Shown here one piece after another: positions 24,928 to 34,823 of a DNA stretch of 34,823 bases. The notes under the pieces are model-generated. The model saw only the letters and a program-made list of their open reading frames with translations, did not search any database and was not told the origin of the DNA. How positions within the stretch are numbered: position 1 is the first letter of the stretch; each line of letters starts with the position of its first letter. Source of the DNA: a virus. Its lineage: Duplodnaviria > Caudoviricetes. Position numbers and translations under genes: made by a program. The stretch lies in the IMG/VR virus record IMGVR_UViG_3300031260_000115, positions 1 to 34,823 of that record, one strand, 5' to 3'.

Positions 24928-25554
24928 ATGGCTGTTCCTGAAAATGTTACATCGACACTGGAAGGAGTTGCCAACCTGTCGCTGGGAAAACTGGGGCAGG
25001 CTAAACGGATCACGGATCTGACTGCAGACACGCATCCGTATGCCAAAGAAATCAGGCTGTTTATTTATCAGGTGATCCGCGAGGTGCAGACGGAGTTCCG
25101 CTGGGGAGAACTGACCCGTTCCGTGACATTGGAGGCTCCGGCGGAAGAGGTTGACGGGATCTATCGATACGCGCTGCCGGAGGATTACCTGCGACCTGCC
25201 AGCAACCGGGAACAGAGTTACCGGTTGGAGGACGGTTTCTTATGGACGCCGGTCGAGTCGAATTTCCAATTAAAATACATCCGTTATTCAGTCAATCCGG
25301 AGGAATGGAGTCCGCTGCTGCTGAAATGCATTTATTTCCGGCTGGCAATGGAAATCTGCATGCCGATTACAGAGGATGATAAACGGTATGACAAATTAAA
25401 CAGCGAATATGAAACGACGGTATTTCCGCGGGCACAGCGGATCGCCAGTTTTGACAATGAAAATCCGCGCAGCCGGCGCGCACGCGGGACATACAGCCGG
25501 ACACGCGGCGGGAGTATCCGCAGCGCGTATCCGTATTTTTACAGGGATATTTGA
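24928..25554 (+). CDS. Tail tubular protein A / adaptor (T7 gp11-like)
   Basis: N.SL.KLG…I, W…, YRYALPEDYLR, LKYI…..P..W.P…….RLA.E.C.PIT motifs. Confidence 0.85.
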   Translation: MAVPENVTSTLEGVANLSLGKLGQAKRITDLTADTHPYAKEIRLFIYQVIREVQTEFRWGELTRSVTLEAPAEEVDGIYRYALPEDYLRPASNREQSYRLEDGFLWTPVESNFQLKYIRYSVNPEEWSPLLLKCIYFRLAMEICMPITEDDKRYDKLNSEYETTVFPRAQRIASFDNENPRSRRARGTYSRTRGGSIRSAYPYFYRDI

Positions 25555-28202
25555 TGAGCCGGATCTACAGATACAATCTGAGCGGAGGAGAGATCGGAGC
25601 GGATCTGATTTACCGGTCCGATCTGGAGCATTATCACAAGGCGAACATTATCCAGGAGGGATTTCTGTCGACGCCGTACGGCGGAGTGATGCGGCGTCCG
25701 CCGACGGAGAAACTGACGGTGCACGGTCCGGTGGTGATGACGGTGAACGAAGTTGAGGTTGAATACACGCCGGAAGTGATCCGGTATTTTGATTTCATCT
25801 ATTCGCGCGACACAAAATACATTGCGGCGCTGATCAGTTACCGTGCTGACGAACAGAATTCATTCAGCCGATTTGAAATTTATGATCCGGCTGGAAATCT
25901 GAAGGATACAGTGGACTGCAGCTATGCGGCGCTGAATTTTTTTGAGCTGCATGTGAAGCAGATCAATGATGTGATGTACATTACGCACAACGGCTATCGT
26001 CCGCAGCAGCTGGTGCGCAACGGGGATGATGACTGGGCGCTGGAAGACATGAGAATCAAATCAGGTCCGTTTATGGACTGGAATCAGGATGATAATACCA
26101 CGCTGTCGATTGGCTGCGATGCATACATTTCCACGGAAACATATGCAGAGGGAGATATTGTCCTGTCGACAACAAGCAATCAATCAATCACCGGTGCAGA
26201 ATATGTCTACTGGTACCAGGATGGCGACAGCGATGATAGTCGTTACAGAATCTTTTACCTCACTCGCCTGACGGTTGCTGATCATGGATTATCGACCGGT
26301 GATACAATTATTGTTTCAGGATTCAGCGGGGATGCGGAACCGATTAACGGAACATATCAGGTGAAGCAGGTCTCCTCTTCATCAACGTTCGATATTTACA
26401 GCGGCCGGTATAAGAAAATTGAATATAGTTGGGAAACAGTTTATGGATCATACATCAGAGTAGCAACGACAACGTGGTACAATAATTACCCTCTGCCGAG
26501 TTCGTTCTCAGCAGAAAAGATAACCGTTACCGGAGACAGCACATTTTTCGTTTCACTGCATGATGACAATACAGGGAATTCTCTGCCTGTTTCGGCGGGA
26601 GCTGACAGCCACTGGAAACGGACATCGCTGCCATCAAAACTCAACCTGCAAAGTTCGCAGGATTTGTTTTCAGAAAAAAATGTTGGCCAGAAAATTTATT
26701 TGACGGTGCAGGGAGCCGAGGCGCTGTCCGGGACGTTTGATTCGACTGGAGAAAAATCAGATTTGTTTGTATGCGGTACCGGGTCGGTAACGCTGCGCAC
26801 GGAGGCGGGTGTCTGGGGCGGAAAAATCAGATTGCAGCAGACGATCGACGGCGGGACAACGTTTTCTTCGCTGGGAGTGATCAACGGTGCAAACGGCAAA
26901 CACAACGGGGAGCTGACGCGCGACATCACGGACCCGCGAGCCGCCGTGCGGGCATACATGGAAACCTATTCGGCACCGACCGGTGCAACGGGTTGCATGT
27001 GGCAGCTGGAATTTCCAAATGGATCCTCGTTTATCGGCGAAATAACCGAATACATCAATGCACGGACGGTATCTGTCAAGGCCCAGTCCTCGCTGATTAC
27101 GGTTTTTGAAACTGACGAGTGGCGCTTGGGAGCCTACAGTGATGACAACGGGTATCCCGGAACACTGGCGATCCATGAAGAGCGGATGCTGCTGGGCGGA
27201 ACAACGAAACAACCGTATCGGATTGATGGATCGGAAATCAACAACTGGGATCAGTTCGCCCCGGGTACACTGGACACGTCTTCGGTGACGCTGCAGGCGC
27301 AGGCGGACCGGGCGACGCAGCTGTGCTGGATGGTGAGCAAGGACGCGCTGTTGTTCGGCACGGATTTCAGCGAGTTTTCTGCCGGGCAGCGGGATTCAGA
27401 TGAAGTAATCAGCGCGGAGAATCCTCCGAAGATCCAGCTGCAGAATACATACAGCTCCGCGCCGATCCAGCCGCTGCTGCTGCGCAATGAAGTACTGTTT
27501 ATACAGAACAACTATAAAACGCTGCGAACATTCGCTTATGACAGCTACGCTGAATCAGGATATATCGGCGAGGATAAAACCATATATAATCCAGGAATTT
27601 TCGGAAGCGGAGTGAAGCAGATGGCTCTGCAGATCAATCCGTTTCCGGTTGTATGGTTTGTCACCAATGACGCTTCCGGCGATCTGATTTCGTTTACGTA
27701 CTACAAGGAAATGAACATTGAGGGATTCGGCAGGCATCCGCTGAGCGGCGGACAGGTCGAAAGCCTGTGTATGCTGCCGACGGATGCAGATGATGAAATC
27801 ATTCTGTGCGTAAAGCGCGGCGATATATTCCAGATGGAAAAAATGTCCTATGCAAACACGGTGCATACGGATGACCAGGGCGGGACGGAAACCGCGATTA
27901 CGAGCCTGCTGAAACCGACGAGTCTGCTGCAGAACCAGGAGGTGCTGGAAGAGAAGAAGTACAAAGTGAATGCAGTGTTTCTGTATCTGAAAGCATCGCA
28001 GGGCGGGCAGATTAGCGTGGATGACGGGGAAACGTGGATCGATATAGAGTATCCGTCAGAGGAACTGTTTACCGGCAAAGTCCAGGTGGATGTGATTGCC
28101 GATACGACCGAGACAGCGCCGCTGCAGATCCGCACATCGGGATCGCAGCCGTTCAATCTGCTGGCGGTCGGAATGGATGTGACACTGACGAGCACGGATT
28201 AG
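25551..28202 (+). CDS. Tail tubular protein B / nozzle (T7 gp12-like) with an inserted domain
   Basis: N.SGGEI, YGG..RRP, Q.NDVMYITH.GY.P..L.R, YP……ERM motifs. 883 aa. Confidence 0.88.
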   Translation: MMSRIYRYNLSGGEIGADLIYRSDLEHYHKANIIQEGFLSTPYGGVMRRPPTEKLTVHGPVVMTVNEVEVEYTPEVIRYFDFIYSRDTKYIAALISYRADEQNSFSRFEIYDPAGNLKDTVDCSYAALNFFELHVKQINDVMYITHNGYRPQQLVRNGDDDWALEDMRIKSGPFMDWNQDDNTTLSIGCDAYISTETYAEGDIVLSTTSNQSITGAEYVYWYQDGDSDDSRYRIFYLTRLTVADHGLSTGDTIIVSGFSGDAEPINGTYQVKQVSSSSTFDIYSGRYKKIEYSWETVYGSYIRVATTTWYNNYPLPSSFSAEKITVTGDSTFFVSLHDDNTGNSLPVSAGADSHWKRTSLPSKLNLQSSQDLFSEKNVGQKIYLTVQGAEALSGTFDSTGEKSDLFVCGTGSVTLRTEAGVWGGKIRLQQTIDGGTTFSSLGVINGANGKHNGELTRDITDPRAAVRAYMETYSAPTGATGCMWQLEFPNGSSFIGEITEYINARTVSVKAQSSLITVFETDEWRLGAYSDDNGYPGTLAIHEERMLLGGTTKQPYRIDGSEINNWDQFAPGTLDTSSVTLQAQADRATQLCWMVSKDALLFGTDFSEFSAGQRDSDEVISAENPPKIQLQNTYSSAPIQPLLLRNEVLFIQNNYKTLRTFAYDSYAESGYIGEDKTIYNPGIFGSGVKQMALQINPFPVVWFVTNDASGDLISFTYYKEMNIEGFGRHPLSGGQVESLCMLPTDADDEIILCVKRGDIFQMEKMSYANTVHTDDQGGTETAITSLLKPTSLLQNQEVLEEKKYKVNAVFLYLKASQGGQISVDDGETWIDIEYPSEELFTGKVQVDVIADTTETAPLQIRTSGSQPFNLLAVGMDVTLTSTD

Positions 28203-28210
28203 GATTTATT

Positions 28211-28765
28211 ATGTTTGCATCAATATTATTTCTGGCGGGACTGGCGACCACACTGGCGGGGACGGCGGTGTCCTACAGTTCACAGCGTCAGCAGGCCAAA
28301 CAGGCGCAGTATAATGCGGATTACAATGCCCGGCTGGAAGAACGCGAGGCGGATGAAGAACTGCAGCGACGGCAGGAGGATGAACGGCAGGAACGGAATC
28401 AGAACCGGCGCAGGCGGGCATCGATCGAGGCGGCGTATGCCAAGAGCGGACTGCTGATGACCGGGACGCCGGCCTATGCGCTGGAAGAGCAGGCACGGAC
28501 GGATGAACAGAACATCCAGACTGAAAACGCGCGGGCACAGACCTCGTTCAACAATTCGATGAACCGGGCGGCAATCATCCGGCAGACGGGATCTCAGCAG
28601 GCGGATGCCTACAAAACCGGAGCGACGAATACACTGATCAGCGGGGTGGGCAGTACGCTCCTGCAGGGCGCGACGTATGCAGCTGACAATGAGCTGTTTT
28701 CAACAAAAAAAACACCGGGCGCAACAGACAATTCGCTGTTTGATTCAGCAGAAGGATGGGTATGA
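28211..28765 (+). CDS. Internal virion / ejection protein (gp14-like)
   Basis: Hydrophobic Ala/Gly N-terminus, Q-rich coiled coil, A.YAKSGL..TGTP motif. Start moved to ATG 28211 (AGGA RBS). Confidence 0.78.
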   Translation: MFASILFLAGLATTLAGTAVSYSSQRQQAKQAQYNADYNARLEEREADEELQRRQEDERQERNQNRRRRASIEAAYAKSGLLMTGTPAYALEEQARTDEQNIQTENARAQTSFNNSMNRAAIIRQTGSQQADAYKTGATNTLISGVGSTLLQGATYAADNELFSTKKTPGATDNSLFDSAEGWV

Positions 28766-29010
28766 ATAAAAACCGGGTGATTACAGAGAGGGTTGTCGAT
28801 CAGATGATGGATCAGTTTTTAAACCGGATGTCCGAGTACTGCGACAGCGTGCAGGTCTTTGCAACGATGCAGGATCGCGGGACAACGTGCCGCAAAGCCA
28901 AAGGGAGCGGGAATTATTATGCGCGGATCGGAGTCTGCCGTGAATTTCTGGACCGTGATTCGGAACTGACCCGTGAAGACGTATCCGGTGAAGAAGGAGA
29001 TGGAGACTGA
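28762..29010 (+). CDS. Hypothetical protein (GSGNYYAR.G motif)
   Basis: ATGA overlap upstream and TGATG overlap downstream. Confidence 0.65.
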   Translation: MNKNRVITERVVDQMMDQFLNRMSEYCDSVQVFATMQDRGTTCRKAKGSGNYYARIGVCREFLDRDSELTREDVSGEEGDGD

Positions 29011-30548
29011 TGGGACGCATACCGCTTAATTTTGATGTAGATCCGTCTGCGGGGCGGACAGAGCGTGCGCCGCGGCTTCCGGCAGGCTTCGGTATGGCAC
29101 CGCAGGCGGCCAAGGTTCAGCAGGGCCGGGCGATTGCCCGGCAGGGCCTGCGGACGGCGGATGTTGCCGCGGACTATGCGGCGAAAAACCGGCAGGCCGA
29201 CCAGCGTGCGGATGTGATGGCGTACAAATCCAATCTGGCGGCGGTGCAGCAGGAGATGCAGCGGCAGCTGGCGGAAACGTCTGATCCGCGCAGGGTGCGG
29301 GACATTACAGAAAAATCGTGGCAGAAGATTGATTCGTGGGTAGCCGGTAAAAACGACAAAGGGGTTCCGAATATCCGCTGGAATTCGCAGCGAAGTGAAC
29401 TGCAGCAGGCGACCGCTGTATTTCAGAACGAATTCCGATTAGCAGCCGAGCAGCGGATTGCGGAAATCGGGAAGCGCGATACAAATACCAAGGCGAAACA
29501 GGCGCAGTATGATGCGGAAATGTCCGGCAACCGGGAACAGATTGCCGAGGCGGTGCAGGTGCGGGTGAAAAACGGAACGCTGACAGCGGAAGAGGGCCAG
29601 GTGGAAAAGCGTTCCGCCTTTCTGCGCTCGGATTTGATTCTGGCGAAAAACAACATCATTTCCATCGAGCAGATGCAGCCTGATCAGGCGGCGGAAGCGG
29701 CGAAAACATTTGAAGAGGGGCTGACGGCCAGGGAGAAAGGCGAATGGGTTGCCTTTGAGCACATCCCCGAAGCGGACCGGAAGACACTGGTGCGCCTGGC
29801 GAAGGACGCGGCTGCCACAGCGAAAAAGCGGGCCGCTGAACAGGAGAAAGCACGGCAGGCGGAAAGCAACAGTGCGGTTGTTGAATTTATTCAGCAGAAC
29901 GGCCGGCTTCCCGGAGCCGGGGAACGGGCCGGGATGGAACTGACGGCAGAGACAACTAAGACGCTGGAAAGCGGGCGTCTGGAACGGATTTCTCCGGCAT
30001 TGGAGCCTGCCGCGGCGATTGCGATGCGCAAGGAGATGCTGGAGTATAATCCGGATGAAGATGAGGATAAGTCCAAACTGCTGAATTATGCGCGGCGGAT
30101 CGAAGGATTCAGTTCCCCGGCTACCCGGAATTTTCTGAAGGATGTTCTGAGCCGGGCAACGGATCAGGAAGGCAGCGCTGTCGATAAGCTGGTCGATACA
30201 GAAATCGAGGATGTGATAACCGGTCTGGATTACCGGACCGGCTTCGGTGATCGATTTAAAGATAATGAAAAGCTGCAGATTATCGCCCGGGAAAAGGATC
30301 TATATAACCAGTGGGTGAAGGAAAACAACCCGTCGGTTGAGCAGCGCCTGAAGTATCTTGACAGCGGGCGCATCGGGTCAATCAAGGCGGCGAAGAACAA
30401 AGATGAATTTATTCGGCGGGCATGGAAGCAGGACCGGTTTAATTTTCAGCCTCCTGCGCTGAATCATACCCAGGCGGGATACCTTGAAGATGACAGTTCG
30501 CTGCTAAAACTGATTGGAGAGAAAAATGCCGATACCGATCAGCCGTGA
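29010..30548 (+). CDS. Internal virion / ejection protein (gp15-like)
   Basis: 512-aa helical Ala/Gln-rich protein with an M.RIP start, between the gp14-like and giant genes. Confidence 0.72.
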   Translation: MGRIPLNFDVDPSAGRTERAPRLPAGFGMAPQAAKVQQGRAIARQGLRTADVAADYAAKNRQADQRADVMAYKSNLAAVQQEMQRQLAETSDPRRVRDITEKSWQKIDSWVAGKNDKGVPNIRWNSQRSELQQATAVFQNEFRLAAEQRIAEIGKRDTNTKAKQAQYDAEMSGNREQIAEAVQVRVKNGTLTAEEGQVEKRSAFLRSDLILAKNNIISIEQMQPDQAAEAAKTFEEGLTAREKGEWVAFEHIPEADRKTLVRLAKDAAATAKKRAAEQEKARQAESNSAVVEFIQQNGRLPGAGERAGMELTAETTKTLESGRLERISPALEPAAAIAMRKEMLEYNPDEDEDKSKLLNYARRIEGFSSPATRNFLKDVLSRATDQEGSAVDKLVDTEIEDVITGLDYRTGFGDRFKDNEKLQIIAREKDLYNQWVKENNPSVEQRLKYLDSGRIGSIKAAKNKDEFIRRAWKQDRFNFQPPALNHTQAGYLEDDSSLLKLIGEKNADTDQP

Positions 30549-33500
30549 CCAGTTAAAGAAGCTGAATTCCATGCAGGCGGACATGACTGCTGTTCAGCGC
30601 AAAGAGCTGGATGAAGTCAATCGGCGGGCGACGGCGTTCGGTTCACATCGTGAACTGTATGACTACATCCAGAAAAGCGGATATCATGCCGGGGATGATC
30701 CGGAAAGCGTGGTGCGTTCCTATATCGATTTGACCGGTTATGGGAAAGGCAAACCGGAGCCAGACTGGACTGCTGAGGAGTATAATCAGCGTGATGTGAT
30801 GGAGATCGGCAGTCAGTATACTCCGCAGGCAGCCAGGGTGCTGAGTCCGTTTGAAAAAGTGGCGGAAGGATTTTTCGGTCGCGCAATGAAGCCGGACGAG
30901 GCGGAAGAAGCGGTGCTGGGTCAGCTGAAAAACATGTTCGGTCCGCAACCGGTTGACGACTATGCCTCCATGGAACCCGGAGAGCGGGCGAAAGTTGCCG
31001 TAGACAAGGAAAACCGGCGGCGGAAGTCGCTGCGGCAGACCTATAAACCGGCAGGAACCAATGAACCGCAGCTGAACATGCCCGGCGCGGAGTACACTCC
31101 GTTCACGAAGGATCAGCAGGATGTCAGTCCGGATGATCAGGAAGCGGTCGCCGGGGCGGTGAAAAAGGAATTTAATGAGCAACTGGAACAGAGTCCCGGT
31201 TATGTGTTTCAGGCGGCGGCGGCAGAGCTGACACCCGAACAGGAGATTATGGCAGCCGCTGTCGCGCTGTCGGATGATCCGTTCCATGTGTGGACGATGT
31301 ACCGCGATCCAATTGAGGCAATGAATCCGGCGCAGTGGGGAGCCTTCCGGACCGCCGTGTTTGCACTGAAACCTGAGTTTGACCGAAATTTTTTGGAGCG
31401 CCAGGGCGGTGTGTTCGGCATGGCGGAACACCGTATCCGCGGACTGGGCCGCACGATGAAGAATCTAGGCGGAGACCTGATTTCCTTTGCGGACAATTCG
31501 CGCGAAATTACGCGTGAAATCGACCGGAAGATTCCGGATGCGTTTGACGCTGCGGGCAACCTGAAACCGGAGCATGAGCAGGCGGTGCGTAAAATAATCC
31601 GCGACGCGACAAAAGTTGAGCGGTTATCAGTACGCAAGGGGATGAGTGAAAAAGTCGAGAATTATTACTTTGAGAACCTGCCGGAAATGGTGAGCGATGC
31701 GCGGGCGCGCGACCGGAAAGACCGGCTGGATTACGATGTTCGGCAGATGACCGGTACAACACGCTATACGGATATCGGAGCTTTTCAGGAGGGGCTGCTG
31801 AATGTCGAACAGATCACGACAGATATGCTGTCAGTTGCCGCTGTATCATTGATTCCAGGGGTAGGTAAACCTGCGGCACTGGCGTTGACATACGGCAGTG
31901 TGCAAAGCGATTGGGAGGATCGGCTGCGCTTCCAATATGATGTGGCTCCGGAGACTGCCAGGCTGATTTCGGGCGTTTTCGCAATACCCTATGCACTGAG
32001 CGAATATTATGAGGTGAAGTATTTAAATCCGGCGACGTGGGGCAAAGGCACGGCGGATGAAGGCTTGAAGCTGTTTACCGGAGTGCGCAGCAATCCCGGC
32101 ATGTTCATGCACTATTTCGGGCAGTATTTCCGCCGCGGGACGTGGAAAGAACTGAAAGAAGAATATATCCAGTCAGGAATCGAATTTGCCGCGATGGAAT
32201 CGGCACGGGTCTATGCCGAAAACAACGGGATCACATTCAGCGGTAATTTGCAGAATGCCGTGCAGGACGCGGTGCAGGCGACCTTATACATGCCGTTTGT
32301 AACGCTGCTGGGCGGGGGCGCAATACAGACAACCAAAGCGGCGGTGAAAGGCGATGCCGGCCTGCTGCTGCCGCCTGAAATGCGCCAGATGAGTCATGAC
32401 CGGTTTGTTCCTGATCAGGCGTGGAACGCATCGCAGACCTGGCGAAAACAATTTAACGATCTGCAGCGGGACGGTGGACTCAAACTTGATCGCTATCCGC
32501 GGGATTTGAAGCGACTGGTCCGCCGGGCGGATGCGGCGGCAGAGCGTCCGAACATGGACCCGCGCGACCTGCAGGCGCTGGAAGATGAGGTCAACGGGTC
32601 GCTGGAACAGGGCGGTTATGCCGACCGTGAAAAGGCGCTGTCCGGGATCCGCAGAGAAATTGAAGCGGACGATGTGATCCGCGGCCTGACGCGCGAAGAA
32701 ATTTCGGTTTACCGGGATGTTCTGGACCGTCAGCTCGGCGAAGCGGATGAAACGGATGTACTGAGCAGCCCGAAACTGTCGCTGATTGAAAGCGCAATGA
32801 GTGCCTACGGCGAGCGGCTGGGAGTGACTCTGAAAGTGTATCCGACACAAAAGGAAGCTGCCGCGGCACATCCCGAACTGGAAACGGCGCGCGGGCAAAA
32901 GATCAAGGCGTCACTGCTGCCGGACGGGAAAAGCGTGGTAGTTATTGAAGAGAATATTCAGAATTCGGCTGACGGAGCGGAACAGTTTTTCCATGAGGTA
33001 TTCGGTCATCGCGGACTGGATCTGAATCCGCGGGCGGAACGGCTGTTTGATGATCTGAAAAGCACGCTGGATTTGAACTTCATTCGTTCGCAGTTGCCGG
33101 AATTTTATCGTGACAAATCGGCAGAGACGGTAATGGAAGAATATCTTTCCCGTCTGACAGCGAAGGCGGCGCGCGGGCAGGAGCTGTCTGGAGAACAGGA
33201 AAAGGGCGTATGGAGCCGTTTCGGGGAGTGGGCCGGGCGAGAGCTTGGACTGACGCCGGACGCGGCCATGCGGGCGCAGGATACGGCGCGGCTGGCGCTT
33301 GATGTGCTGAATTTCTCAAAGAACTATAATTCGCAGTATCCGGATGGAACAGAAGTAAAGCTGAACCGGAGGAAATACCGGCGGTCCGGCGGACGCTGGG
33401 TCAACGCCAAGGGGCAGGCGATTACCGATGCGGGCATGGTGCAGGAAATTGAGATGGAAGCGGATGCCGCCGCACAAAAAGCGGAAGTCATAAAACAGAA

Positions 33501-34823
33501 GGAACGGAAGAAAGCGGCCGAGGATGAAATTCGGCAGATGGCGGATCAGGATCCGGTCATCCAAATGGTGCAGGAAAACGGCGGGGTACGGATGCCGGAT
33601 CTGAAGCCGGGAGAATCCTACCCGGATGAATACCAGGCGATACCGGAACGATTCCGCGGAAAGAAAGGCGGCGGTCTGCCGCTGGATGAACTGGCCGATC
33701 AGGTGGCGGCGCTGAGCGGGCAGGAAGCGGACTACTCGACTGATGAACTGCGCGGGCATCTTGAACAGTTTGACGACAAGGCGCAGCGCCTTCTCGCTGC
33801 TGCGGAACGCGGCGAGGATTTCCAGCCGGAGGAAGAAGATATTCCGATTCTTGGAAAAATTCATGATCCGGGGTTTGATTCCGCGCTGGATGATATGCGG
33901 TTTTCGGTTGGATCCGGCGATGAAATGAATATCCGGGATGCAGATGGGAAAATTGACCTCGAAAAATGGATTAATCTGCTTCGTGATCCTGATATACGCC
34001 GCCGGATAAATGATTCCTGCGACCGGTGGTTTAAAGAGAGAACTGGTTACCGCAGAGATTTTGTTCACAATCATCCTCGTGTTCTAGAAATGTCCGAAAA
34101 ACTGCATAAGCAGTATGGATTCGAAAAAGTACTTGGATTCAGTGATATAGATGAAATGATGTTTGAAGAAACCCTGGCTAACCAAGGGTGGAAAATCATT
34201 TCCAAGAGTCCGATAACACCATCCGGTACATTTGTCGGAACATTTTACGGCGGCGAAGTCGAGGAGGTTGAAGCAGAGCATCCCACTGAGGGACGTAAAT
34301 TCTTTTATGTCCTCCCGGAGCGCAATGATATCGATTCGTTCGGCGAAACAGTTCTTAAAACGAACAGGGCGATCAATCATAAGCAGTATCTCGATCTGTT
34401 TAAACGCGTGACTGGACGGGGAACATGGGATGACGATGAAGATACTCGGCGTCAAGAAAGCCTGTCGTCCATTAAGGAAAATCTGCACAGAGAATTCGAT
34501 AAAATGGATGGCGGAGGTATTTGGATATTACGATATGAAGCCGACAATGAATTAAAAAAACTCATTCTCGGCATGGACGAAAAAAACGCGGCGGAAATTA
34601 AGCAGCGGTATATTGAACAGCGACTGAATAGGTTTCATGGATATGAAAAAAAGGATATTGCGAAAGCGTGGAACTTCAATGTCAGTAATGCTCCCACGCT
34701 GACTTTCCAGTCGGGAGAGGGGAAGATTTCAAATTATTCCCCCTCTTCGCAAAAATATGATTTTGATATGTCTGAAAATTCGTGGGAGGAAATCCCGGGA
34801 CTCTGGCAGGAACAATTCAGGAA
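30526..34823 (+). CDS. N-terminal part of the ~2,980-aa giant polyvalent/ejection protein, continuing across the origin to 4786; contains a zincin-like metallopeptidase motif
   Basis: ATG 30526 (GGAGAG RBS), MPIPISRDQL… No stop found in this frame (spot-checked; consistent with its absence from the ORF track). FFHEVFGHRGL at ~32986-33018. Confidence 0.85.
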   Translation, partial: MPIPISRDQLKKLNSMQADMTAVQRKELDEVNRRATAFGSHRELYDYIQKSGYHAGDDPESVVRSYIDLTGYGKGKPEPDWTAEEYNQRDVMEIGSQYTPQAARVLSPFEKVAEGFFGRAMKPDEAEEAVLGQLKNMFGPQPVDDYASMEPGERAKVAVDKENRRRKSLRQTYKPAGTNEPQLNMPGAEYTPFTKDQQDVSPDDQEAVAGAVKKEFNEQLEQSPGYVFQAAAAELTPEQEIMAAAVALSDDPFHVWTMYRDPIEAMNPAQWGAFRTAVFALKPEFDRNFLERQGGVFGMAEHRIRGLGRTMKNLGGDLISFADNSREITREIDRKIPDAFDAAGNLKPEHEQAVRKIIRDATKVERLSVRKGMSEKVENYYFENLPEMVSDARARDRKDRLDYDVRQMTGTTRYTDIGAFQEGLLNVEQITTDMLSVAAVSLIPGVGKPAALALTYGSVQSDWEDRLRFQYDVAPETARLISGVFAIPYALSEYYEVKYLNPATWGKGTADEGLKLFTGVRSNPGMFMHYFGQYFRRGTWKELKEEYIQSGIEFAAMESARVYAENNGITFSGNLQNAVQDAVQATLYMPFVTLLGGGAIQTTKAAVKGDAGLLLPPEMRQMSHDRFVPDQAWNASQTWRKQFNDLQRDGGLKLDRYPRDLKRLVRRADAAAERPNMDPRDLQALEDEVNGSLEQGGYADREKALSGIRREIEADDVIRGLTREEISVYRDVLDRQLGEADETDVLSSPKLSLIESAMSAYGERLGVTLKVYPTQKEAAAAHPELETARGQKIKASLLPDGKSVVVIEENIQNSADGAEQFFHEVFGHRGLDLNPRAERLFDDLKSTLDLNFIRSQLPEFYRDKSAETVMEEYLSRLTAKAARGQELSGEQEKGVWSRFGEWAGRELGLTPDAAMRAQDTARLALDVLNFSKNYNSQYPDGTEVKLNRRKYRRSGGRWVNAKGQAITDAGMVQEIEMEADAAAQKAEVIKQKERKKAAEDEIRQMADQDPVIQMVQENGGVRMPDLKPGESYPDEYQAIPERFRGKKGGGLPLDELADQVAALSGQEADYSTDELRGHLEQFDDKAQRLLAAAERGEDFQPEEEDIPILGKIHDPGFDSALDDMRFSVGSGDEMNIRDADGKIDLEKWINLLRDPDIRRRINDSCDRWFKERTGYRRDFVHNHPRVLEMSEKLHKQYGFEKVLGFSDIDEMMFEETLANQGWKIISKSPITPSGTFVGTFYGGEVEEVEAEHPTEGRKFFYVLPERNDIDSFGETVLKTNRAINHKQYLDLFKRVTGRGTWDDDEDTRRQESLSSIKENLHREFDKMDGGGIWILRYEADNELKKLILGMDEKNAAEIKQRYIEQRLNRFHGYEKKDIAKAWNFNVSNAPTLTFQSGEGKISNYSPSSQKYDFDMSENSWEEIPGLWQEQFR
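34683..34823 (+). repeat. Terminal direct repeat, copy 2
   Basis: Identical to 1-141. Confidence 0.97.

Noticed and set aside
34683-34823. 141-bp terminal repeat as a biological DTR (T7-like genome end)
   Set aside because: It falls mid-gene and equals a typical assembler k-mer length, and the terminase is PBSX/SPP1-like. Best explained as circular assembly overlap.
1-34823. Second DGR target (remote VR) or CRISPR array
   Set aside because: I saw no other copy of the TR core (e.g. TATCGGCTCT) and no regularly spaced repeat-spacer array. This was a manual scan, so a short-word self-BLAST should confirm it.

Overview
This window is a complete, circularly assembled temperate phage genome of 34,682 bp unique length: bases 1-141 recur exactly at 34683-34823. 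The virion module is BPP-1/T7-like podovirus type: TerS, TerL, portal, scaffold, major capsid, tail tubular A/B, ejection proteins and a ~2,980-aa polyvalent protein that spans the contig break. It carries a diversity-generating retroelement (DGR): a C-type-lectin-like target gene with VR, a TR 180 bp downstream, and a DGR-type reverse transcriptase. No Avd is recognisable; a translationally coupled beta-rich gene follows the RT instead. There is an intact attP (3' 67 nt of tRNA-Arg(ACG), terminator, repeated arm-like sites) beside a tyrosine integrase, a control region with two tandem ribbon-helix-helix genes and three 14-bp operators, a deletion-truncated C5 methyltransferase, and a replication initiator with an internal ori-like inverted repeat. 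The most novel-looking signals are (i) a 107-aa T4 gp55-like mini sigma factor together with an 11-bp motif (TGCGTATATAG) upstream of three late gene blocks, two copies followed by regulatory hairpins; (ii) an array of low-GC cassettes, including an ADP-ribosyltransferase, bounded by a repeated RFS-coding DNA linker inside the giant protein; and (iii) the Avd-less DGR. All protein assignments come from motif recognition by eye and from memory; no searches were run.
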